Assembly (NCBI RefSeq): GCF_008000775.2
Contig: NZ_CP042905.2
Location: 3,990,001-4,022,000 of the forward strand
DNA: 32,000 bases
Reading direction: 5' to 3'
From: Promethearchaeum syntrophicum
GTDB lineage: Archaea; Asgardarchaeota; Lokiarchaeia; Sigyniarchaeales; Promethearchaeaceae
In this document: piece after piece, positions 8,371 to 15,414 of the stretch
How positions within the stretch are numbered: the stretch's first letter is position 1
Layout of the letters: each line of letters begins with the position of its first letter
Position numbers and translations under genes: made by a program
The notes under the pieces: generated by a model
What the model saw: only the letters and a program-made list of their open reading frames with translations
Databases searched by the model: none
Told to the model about the DNA's origin: nothing

Positions 8371-9249
8371 TTAATCAAGAAAAGAAGACAGTAGAGAATT
8401 CACTTCTTCGGGTTTCTCCTGTAATACCCAGTGGGAGGCATCCTTGATGATTTCTAAGCGTCCGCCGTCACAGATCGCGATACTCAGAGGTGCCATTTCA
8501 TGACTGAGAAAAGTATCTTTCTTACCCCAAACGATAAGGGTAGGGACTGTAATTTTAGGAGGAAAAACCCATTGAAAAGCATTTTTTCGAGTTGAAGCTC
8601 GATACCAGCTGATCATCGAAGTCATGGCTTTAGGTTTCTTCCACGCCTCTTTATAAAATTCTTTTTCTTCTGTGGACAAACTTCTCGACATTGACGAAGT
8701 CAGGAATTTGTATTTCGTTACCTTAAAAATAATCTCCGGAATTAATCGTAATTGAAAGAAGAAGATATACCAGCTTTTTTTTCTTTGGGATTTATGTTCC
8801 TTTATGTATCGATTCATGACTAAAGGATGGGGCATATTGGCTATAAATAGTTTTCTGATTCGATCGGGATGTCGCGTGGTGAGTGCCCAAGCAACAAACC
8901 CACCCCAATCATGGCCCCCCAAGTAAAATTTTTCTATTTTTAGGGCATCAGCCAATCCTATAATGTCTGCTACCAAGTTCTCGGCAATATAGTTTTTCAC
9001 TCCCTTAGGTTTTTCGCTTAAGTAATACCCCCTTTGGTTGGGTGCGATCACCCTAAAACCTTTTTTTGCCAAGAATTCAATTTGATTTTTCCATCCATAC
9101 CAGAAATCGGGAAATCCATGAAGTAAGATTACCGGAGGTCCATCTTTGGGACCTGCAAAGGCGGTATATAATTTAATCCCATTTGTGGAAATGTATTCAA
9201 ATGTGATTTGTTCGCTGTTTAAATCGGTGTGTTTTTCCATGCAAATCAA
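8371..9249 (-). CDS. Alpha/beta hydrolase, epoxide hydrolase-like
   Basis: 292 aa. 'VILLHGFPDFWYGW' oxyanion HGxP motif, nucleophile elbow 'GGHDWGG' (Asp), 'SHWVLQEKPEEVN' catalytic His region. Confidence 0.88.
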   Translation of the reverse strand: MICMEKHTDLNSEQITFEYISTNGIKLYTAFAGPKDGPPVILLHGFPDFWYGWKNQIEFLAKKGFRVIAPNQRGYYLSEKPKGVKNYIAENLVADIIGLADALKIEKFYLGGHDWGGFVAWALTTRHPDRIRKLFIANMPHPLVMNRYIKEHKSQRKKSWYIFFFQLRLIPEIIFKVTKYKFLTSSMSRSLSTEEKEFYKEAWKKPKAMTSMISWYRASTRKNAFQWVFPPKITVPTLIVWGKKDTFLSHEMAPLSIAICDGGRLEIIKDASHWVLQEKPEEVNSLLSSFLD

Positions 9250-9284
9250 TATTCAAATAATTGGAAGACTTATATATCTGCCTC

Positions 9285-11351
9285 TTAATGATTAAAGACG
9301 AGGCTTTTAATTGTTACTGGAAAAGCTTCTTTAGGCGGTTTATGGAGAGAGGGTCCAATGTCAATCCAATCTCCGGCTTCCAGAGTCAATTCATCCAAGC
9401 AAATTAAATTACTTGTTATGGCAGTCTGTTTATGAATTGTAAGTCCAAGAAGTTTAGCTAGATCACTTTGAAACAATAGAATTATTTGCTTCTGATTAAC
9501 AATAGAGTTGGGCAAGGCTTTTTCAAGTGATTTGGCGAAAATTGTGAGTAATTCTTCCTTAGGGTAGATTGGAGATTTAAAATAGAGGGCAGCTAAATCA
9601 TCTCCTTCCTTCATATCATATTTTGAGAAAGCTTTATTTATCTCTTCCATAACATTTGTAGGACTAAAATTATCTTGGGTCAAATTGACTGGGATAACGG
9701 GAACATTGTTTAAGGGTAATTTAATATCTTCATCAACATAACACGTTGAACCTGAAACCGACAAAGAAAATGCTCCGGCCCCAATGACTGTTGCTCTGAT
9801 CTTGTTTTCCGGTTCGATTAATAATAATCCTTCTTTATCCATAAGTAATTTAATTTCTTCAGCTAGATAATGTCCAATATCATTATAGGTAGTTGGGTTT
9901 TGATTTGTTTCATGTATCATTTCTCCAATTCCCCCTGAAAAGGAATAGAAATCAATAGGAGTGGAAAAATCTAAATCATCTGTCATCATTAAACCTTGAG
10001 CAATTTTACTGGTTGCAGGACCTTGCATCACCTCAAGTTGTGCTTTAGCATATTCATGAGCTAGTATACGAGCATCTCTTTCTAGGATAGTATCTCCTAT
10101 GTTGTATTGCATATTCAATTCTTTCATAAGAAATTCACTCGGGCCATCGATCCTCCAAATTTTAAAATTTTCATCAATCCCTAATAAACGCCCCCCTACA
10201 TTAATACACGAGCAACTAATCACATCTCCCTTTGAAGAAATAGCCATATTACTGGTGCCACCTCCAATATCACTGTTTAAAATGGTTTTTTGCAGTTGAC
10301 TGGATTGTCTAACAATTCCACTACCCAAAGCCCCTAAGAGGGATTCAAAATTTGGGCCGGCAGAGGCACTGACAAATTTTCCAGATTCAGAAGATATGCG
10401 ATTGACAATTTCTGCCGCATTTTGCTTCTTAGCAGTTTCCCCTGTCACGATTACTGCGCCCGTATCTACCGTCTCGGGAGTAAATCCCGCTTTTTGATAC
10501 TCCTCTTCACAAAATTTGATGATGGCTTCAATATCGATAGTATTTCGATCAAGTAGCGGAGTGAAAATAATATTGCCTTCATAAATAATCTCTCGATCAA
10601 CTAAAATGAATCGATTTGTCATATTAAAGAAGCTTATTTCCTTTCGAAGGGTGAGTCGGGAGAAAATAAGATGGGATGTTGAGGAACCAATATCAATCCC
10701 AACACTAACTAATTTGAGATATTCAACATTGCTTTCTTTGGAATCTGTATGACCCATTAGCAATTCAGCAGGATATATTTCAATTTTTTTTACAGATTTA
10801 TCTTCCTTTTTGATAGGACCTTCTTTTTTAGGTGGAGCAATTCTGATTTGCATTTCGGTATCGCAATGTTTAGGGAGCTCCATCTTATTGTCTGAGTTTA
10901 ACAGTTTTACTTGCATTTCGGCAGGAATCTCAAATTCTTGTTTACATACTGAGCAAAAATATTTGAGGTTGATAGATTTTCCACTCCCAGGTAATGTAGG
11001 TCCTCTGATTTTTTTTTTACGAGGATTATCATCATTAACTTCTCGACGAATTCTATCCAAAACCACATTAAATTGAGAAATGGCAATATCACATAATTGA
11101 TCATGTTCTGTTCCTGGTTTTAATATTGAAGCCAATGCGGGTTTAAAAACCGAGATAAGTCGATAATATCTCGCAAGATCAGTTTGATCTTCTTCTTCGT
11201 GTTCTTGGAGTATATTTTTGTAATGTTTCGTGAACCTGTCAATAGTTTTGTCTATATCGGGATATTGCATTTGAGTAAGGCTGTATTTTATCATTCCAAT
11301 AATAGCCCATAGTGAAGAATCAACGTTAATTTCAATTTCTGATATTTTCAT
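9285..11351 (-). CDS. eutA: EutA-like (ethanolamine ammonia-lyase reactivase) protein with N-terminal extension
   Basis: 688 aa. C-terminal ~470 aa contains 'VGIDIGSSTSHLIFSRLTLR', 'GAVIVTGETAKKQNA', 'SASAGPNFESLLGALGSG', 'SDIGGGTSNMAI' typical of EutA. The N-terminal ~190 aa includes the Cys-rich 'YFCSVCKQEFEIP...PKHCDTEMQIRI'. Confidence 0.8.
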   Translation of the reverse strand: MKISEIEINVDSSLWAIIGMIKYSLTQMQYPDIDKTIDRFTKHYKNILQEHEEEDQTDLARYYRLISVFKPALASILKPGTEHDQLCDIAISQFNVVLDRIRREVNDDNPRKKKIRGPTLPGSGKSINLKYFCSVCKQEFEIPAEMQVKLLNSDNKMELPKHCDTEMQIRIAPPKKEGPIKKEDKSVKKIEIYPAELLMGHTDSKESNVEYLKLVSVGIDIGSSTSHLIFSRLTLRKEISFFNMTNRFILVDREIIYEGNIIFTPLLDRNTIDIEAIIKFCEEEYQKAGFTPETVDTGAVIVTGETAKKQNAAEIVNRISSESGKFVSASAGPNFESLLGALGSGIVRQSSQLQKTILNSDIGGGTSNMAISSKGDVISCSCINVGGRLLGIDENFKIWRIDGPSEFLMKELNMQYNIGDTILERDARILAHEYAKAQLEVMQGPATSKIAQGLMMTDDLDFSTPIDFYSFSGGIGEMIHETNQNPTTYNDIGHYLAEEIKLLMDKEGLLLIEPENKIRATVIGAGAFSLSVSGSTCYVDEDIKLPLNNVPVIPVNLTQDNFSPTNVMEEINKAFSKYDMKEGDDLAALYFKSPIYPKEELLTIFAKSLEKALPNSIVNQKQIILLFQSDLAKLLGLTIHKQTAITSNLICLDELTLEAGDWIDIGPSLHKPPKEAFPVTIKSLVFNH

Positions 11352-11503
11352 GATTATCCTTCTTTTTCGTTCTTACTTCCAATTAATATTTGTTTATGTA
11401 TTTCACTCAAATATTTTGAGACTTTAAAATGTTCGTTTTTATATCTTAAGATATAATTATATACCTACTTTTAAATAGTAAGATACAATTATATATTTTG
11501 TAG

Positions 11504-11887
11504 ATGGATAAATTAAACGAAAATTCGAAAGATTCACAACGAAGAACTCTTCAAGAAAGAATTGAAGCAATTTTTGATTTAATTGATAGTGAAGAAGACG
11601 TTTTTCCAAAAAGTCGACTAAAACAAATTGGACTTAACCCCCGTACAGCAGAAAAATGGTTAAAACTAATTGAATACATCCAAAATCAACCAAAAATTCG
11701 TTTAATTCAAACGGGCCATAATACTTTGATTGAAAAAGTGGAAGGAAAATACCAAGCCTTGATGCGAAAGATGGCAATCGATAATACAGTTCCTTTCGAA
11801 CAACGACTTCAATTTGTTACAGATTATTTGAAATCTTTGTATAGTCGAGAAAAAATGGTTAATTCAAGAAAGAATAATGAATCTTAA
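11504..11887 (+). CDS. Small putative wHTH/DNA-binding protein
   Basis: 127 aa, 'LQERIEAIFDLIDSEEDVFPKSRLKQIGLNPRTAEKWLKLIEYIQNQPKIRLIQTGHNTLIEKVEG' resembles a short wHTH. Confidence 0.5.
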   Translation: MDKLNENSKDSQRRTLQERIEAIFDLIDSEEDVFPKSRLKQIGLNPRTAEKWLKLIEYIQNQPKIRLIQTGHNTLIEKVEGKYQALMRKMAIDNTVPFEQRLQFVTDYLKSLYSREKMVNSRKNNES

Positions 11888-12010
11888 AAATAATTATTCT
11901 TGTAGGAAATTGAGGAATTATATTTAAAATGTTAATATATTCAGGATTTCATCAACCCCTAAGGAAAATGACAAATATCTAAAACACGGGGAATAAAAGA
12001 AATTGAATTA

Positions 12011-12321
12011 GTTTTGGAACACTAAACAATAATGATGATGACACATTGCTGACGTAAGTTGTAGGCCCCCCCCAAATGCTCATGAATTTCTGATCTTGGA
12101 GCTAAATGAATTCTTGGAGCAATTTAAAATGTTCTCCCATCTTTAATGCAAATTTCCAAGCTAGTGGTTCCATCTTTCCTTCTTCTGTTCTACAATTTTG
12201 TAAAATTATCATCATATGAGCTTTAGGTTTAAGAATTTCTTTTAAATCTTTAATGATATCAACTAATGAATCAAGATATTGGGATAAATTATCAATATTT
12301 CGTAATTCATATTTTGAAGTC
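12011..12321 (-). pseudogene. Truncated, frameshifted copy of the DNA methyltransferase 3' end
   Basis: Closely matches 14351-14664 at nucleotide level (roughly 85-90% by eye). Reverse strand reads '...PLAWKFALKMGEH.KLLQEFIWLQDQKFMSIWGGPTTYVSNV', then a 1-bp insertion breaks 'HHHYCLVFQN'. Confidence 0.85.
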
Positions 12322-12364
12322 TTTTAATCTTAATAAAATGAAAAATAGGAAAAAAAAAAGATTA

Positions 12365-12910
12365 CTATTTCTTTTTTGTAATTATAGTAAATAGCCCATT
12401 ATCTGCAATAATTTCTATATCTTTTACTTTAAAAGGAGCTCTTAAGACTTTATTATATTTTAGGTCATTTTTTTCCCCTTTTAAAATAATATTTTTTCCC
12501 TCAATCTTATAAGTTAAATCTTCTTTACTCAAACCTGGCATTTCAAGAGAATATTCTTTTTTCTCTAAATCACTCTCTTTAGCAGTTAAAGCTTTGTATT
12601 TTTTATCTGTTATTACAGTTCTATGATGGTTTTTCAATCCATCTAGGAAGGTATCTATTTGATCTTGGGTTGGATTTCCTCGAATATCTATTTCTGGTTC
12701 TTTCATTCCAGTGTTATATTTATAAGTCATGCTGTAATTCTTACCATCGGAATTTCCAAACTCTTGAGAGAATGTTGAGCAATGGGTCGAATTACCTTTA
12801 TCACTGATATTTTCAGGACCTTTAAAAGATTCAAAGAAATCTTCACGTTCATCATCAAACAGATCCCACATACGTTTCATTCGTCGGTCAAATTTTTCGA
12901 ATATGTCCAT
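12365..12910 (-). CDS. Hsp20/alpha-crystallin family protein (divergent)
   Basis: 181 aa; 'KKEYSLEMPGLSKEDLTYKIEGKNIILKGEKN...VLRAPFKVKDIEIIADNGLFTIITKK'. SD 'GGAGGTG' upstream. Confidence 0.75.
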   Translation of the reverse strand: MDIFEKFDRRMKRMWDLFDDEREDFFESFKGPENISDKGNSTHCSTFSQEFGNSDGKNYSMTYKYNTGMKEPEIDIRGNPTQDQIDTFLDGLKNHHRTVITDKKYKALTAKESDLEKKEYSLEMPGLSKEDLTYKIEGKNIILKGEKNDLKYNKVLRAPFKVKDIEIIADNGLFTIITKKK

Positions 12911-12924
12911 TTTTTACACCTCCA

Positions 12925-13260
12925 TTATTTTAATTTAATTTCAAACGCTTTTGATAAAGGATCTTCAATATTTCCTTCAATTTTTAATAATCCATTTGCA
13001 TATTCCCCTTTAATTGAATTAACATCCGCATTAAAAGGGAACGATTCTTCAATGTGAAAGAAATCATTTTTCCGTTGAGCTTCAAGATTATAAGCATCTT
13101 TTGTAAATTTAACGTGAATATCTTCTTTTTTCACTCCAGGAATATGGATTTCTAAATCCCATGAATTCGACTTCAGATTATAATTGAAGTAGCGGATAGG
13201 GCTAATTTGCGATTTACTTTCATTATTGTTTTCCTTTTTTTGAATTTGAGTATTTTCCAC
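12925..13260 (-). CDS. Hsp20/alpha-crystallin family protein
   Basis: 111 aa; 'WDLEIHIPGVKKEDIHVKFTKDAYNLEAQRKNDFFHIEESFPFNADVNSIKGEYANGLLKIEG'. GTG start, SD 'AAGGAGG'. Confidence 0.8.
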   Translation of the reverse strand: MENTQIQKKENNNESKSQISPIRYFNYNLKSNSWDLEIHIPGVKKEDIHVKFTKDAYNLEAQRKNDFFHIEESFPFNADVNSIKGEYANGLLKIEGNIEDPLSKAFEIKLK

Positions 13261-13273
13261 TTAAAAAACCTCC

Positions 13274-13639
13274 TTATAATTTTAATTCAACTGCATCCTC
13301 ATAGGGATCTTTAATATGTGCTGTGATTTTTAATAGACCACTCTTATATTTTGCTTTGGTTTTTTCAGGTACTATTATGGTACCCCAACTTTGATTTGCA
13401 GAATATTCGATATTACCTCTGTAACCTGTCAAATTGAACCAAGTTGGCAATGTCTTCAAAGAAATATCTTCTTTTTTAACCCCAGGAAGGGCAACTTCTA
13501 TTGTTACCAATTTATTCCTGTTATTGATTGATCTTGACAGTTCTGGGAAAACTCTGTATCTTATCTCTTTTCGATTTTCTTTTAATTCTTTATTTTCTTT
13601 TTCCATTATCTCTTTCTTTTTTGATTCTATCATAGCCAT
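13274..13639 (-). CDS. Hsp20/alpha-crystallin family protein (ORF track start at 13696; 13639 preferred)
   Basis: 'LVTIEVALPGVKKEDISLKTLPTWFNLTGYRGNIEYSANQSWGTIIVPEKTKAKYKSGLLKITAHIKD'. An SD (AGGTG, 13646-13650) sits correctly before the ATG at 13639, so the upstream 19 aa are probably not translated. Confidence 0.8.
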   Translation of the reverse strand: MAMIESKKKEIMEKENKELKENRKEIRYRVFPELSRSINNRNKLVTIEVALPGVKKEDISLKTLPTWFNLTGYRGNIEYSANQSWGTIIVPEKTKAKYKSGLLKITAHIKDPYEDAVELKL

Positions 13640-13670
13640 AACTATCACCTTTTTTGATTTTTTTTTTATT

Positions 13671-14009
13671 TTATTGGATTGGAACATTGAAAGCATGTTC
13701 TAATGGTCTATAGCGTTGAAATTCTAAGGTTAATAAACCTTCTTCATATCTAACTTCAGTTTTCTCAGGTTCAATTTTTACACCAAGATCTAAATCGAGA
13801 ATATATTCAATATCATCTCGGTAGGCTCTTAATGTAAAATAATCCTCAATCGCTTTCATCGATAATTTGTCTTTGTTTACTCCAGGTAGTGCTATCTGTA
13901 ATATCATTTTATTATCATTTGTCCATGCACCATAACGTGGTTTTATCCGACTATAAGACCTTTTTGAATCATTTTCTTCATTATTACTATTTTGATTTTG
14001 TAAAGTCAT
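13671..14009 (-). CDS. Hsp20/alpha-crystallin family protein
   Basis: 112 aa; 'MILQIALPGVNKDKLSMKAIEDYFTLRAYRDDIEYILDLDLGVKIEPEKTEVRYEEGLLTLEF'. SD 'GAGGTGA' upstream. Confidence 0.8.
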   Translation of the reverse strand: MTLQNQNSNNEENDSKRSYSRIKPRYGAWTNDNKMILQIALPGVNKDKLSMKAIEDYFTLRAYRDDIEYILDLDLGVKIEPEKTEVRYEEGLLTLEFQRYRPLEHAFNVPIQ

Positions 14010-14029
14010 GTACTCACCTCAGATTTATA

Positions 14030-14076
14030 GACAACATTATGTTGTCAAAATAATAATAATAATTTTCATATTTAAA
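14030..14076 (-). promoter_or_regulatory. Hsp20 operon promoter with perfect palindrome GACAACAT-T-ATGTTGTC
   Basis: 8-bp arms with 1-nt spacer at 14030-14046; TATA-like TTTAAATA (minus strand) at 14069-14076, so the predicted start (about 25 nt downstream) falls at the palindrome. Confidence 0.6.
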
Positions 14077-14337
14077 GTTTTTGATCAATAAATAAAAAAT
14101 TCCAAAACACTTTGTTTTAGGTGATCTGAAATTTGATTAAATGCTTTCTAAAATTGAGATTAATACAATTTTTAAAATTTCATTAGAGTAGTTGAAAAAA
14201 AGAATAAGACATCATGCAATATATCTCAAAAATGACACATAAAAACAAATCATCTTGTTAATTATAAAATCTAATTTTAAATTGATTTAGTTCATATTTT
14301 TTTAGTCTGATTTATTGCTTTTTTCTGCAAGAATCAG

Positions 14338-15414
14338 TTAATTTTTATTTGGATTTTGAAAGACTAAGCAATAATGATGATGAACATTGCTGACGTAAGT
14401 TGTAGGCCACCCCCAAATGCCCATAAATTTCTGATCTTGGAGCCAAATGAATTCTTGGAGCAATTTATAATGTTCTCCCATCTTTAATGCAAATTTCCAT
14501 GCTAGTGGTTCCATCTTCCCTTCTTTCGTTCGACAATTTTGCAATACTATCATTAAATGAGCTTTAGGTTTGAGGATTCTTTTTAAATTTTTAAAGATAT
14601 CAACCAATGAATCAAGATAGTGTGTTAGATCATCGATATTTCCGAGGTCATATTTGGAATCCCCATAATCTTCATCAAATCCTTGTTCCATCCTTAGTTT
14701 TTGATTTGATTTAACGCCACCTCGGGATTTCTTTAGCATATTCCAATAAGGGGGTGATGTAATTATGAAATCAATAGGAGGAATTTTATTTTCTTTCCAA
14801 ATTTTAAATGTATTTCGAGAATCTCCCGTAAAGATATTACTTCTCATTTTATCATCATTTGTTTTTTGAATTCGTTCTCGTGAAAACTGGGCATATTCTG
14901 GATTTAATTCAATCCCAAAACAATTTCGGTGAGTATTAAAGGCGGCTTGTGCAGTGCTTCCTATACCCATAAACGGATCAAAAACCCACTCCTCCGCTTT
15001 TGTGAAGTAAGAAATATAATATTCCGCTAAACTTGGAGGGTATGAAGCAGGGTGATTCTTAATTTGTTTTGATATATCACCGGATTTTCCATCGATAATG
15101 ACCCAGCTCTTAGTATGCTGCAGCCATTGTTTTCCAGTTAAATCATTTAAGGAATTTTTACTGTTATGTTTTCCTTTATCTGTTATGAGTAATTCCATTA
15201 ACTTTAAATCATTAGCAATTTTACGGAATTCTTTTGCAGATTGTGCAATATCCAAAGTATGAAAAGAATCTAATGCATTTTTTAAGGTTTCATTTAGTTC
15301 TGATTGTTTAAATGAGATTACTTTTTCAAATTCAGGAACCAAAGCCTTTTCTGACTTCTTTTCAGAGGATAAATCTTTATCAAAATGAAACTTTGGTTTT
15401 TGTATAGGGGTCAT
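14338..15414 (-). CDS. Solitary DNA methyltransferase (N4-cytosine/N6-adenine type, SPPY motif)
   Basis: 358 aa. AdoMet motif 'WVFDPFMGIGSTAQAAFNTHRNCFGIELNPEY' precedes catalytic 'IDFIITSPPYWNML'. Confidence 0.9.
   Translation of the reverse strand: MTPIQKPKFHFDKDLSSEKKSEKALVPEFEKVISFKQSELNETLKNALDSFHTLDIAQSAKEFRKIANDLKLMELLITDKGKHNSKNSLNDLTGKQWLQHTKSWVIIDGKSGDISKQIKNHPASYPPSLAEYYISYFTKAEEWVFDPFMGIGSTAQAAFNTHRNCFGIELNPEYAQFSRERIQKTNDDKMRSNIFTGDSRNTFKIWKENKIPPIDFIITSPPYWNMLKKSRGGVKSNQKLRMEQGFDEDYGDSKYDLGNIDDLTHYLDSLVDIFKNLKRILKPKAHLMIVLQNCRTKEGKMEPLAWKFALKMGEHYKLLQEFIWLQDQKFMGIWGWPTTYVSNVHHHYCLVFQNPNKN

Noticed and set aside
8244-8447. ORF 8244-8447 as a real 67-aa gene
   Set aside because: Only its first ~31 codons resemble the 3' end of the 6548..7009 gene; the rest runs antisense into the hydrolase gene. 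Treated as a remnant.
10099-11104. Small ORFs inside the EutA-like gene on both strands
   Set aside because: Overlap a long conserved CDS; no independent support.
13671-13696. 26-bp overlap between Hsp20 genes as evidence of unusual coding overlap
   Set aside because: An SD-preceded ATG at 13639 makes the upstream start at 13696 unlikely, so the overlap is probably an ORF-calling artefact.
12782-13703. Plus-strand ORFs 12782-13057 and 13434-13703 across the Hsp20 genes
   Set aside because: Antisense to four genes that each have alpha-crystallin motifs and SD sites.
14050-14062. ATA/TAA trinucleotide run upstream of the Hsp20 operon as a phase-variation repeat
   Set aside because: Only about four units; too short to support a contingency-locus claim.
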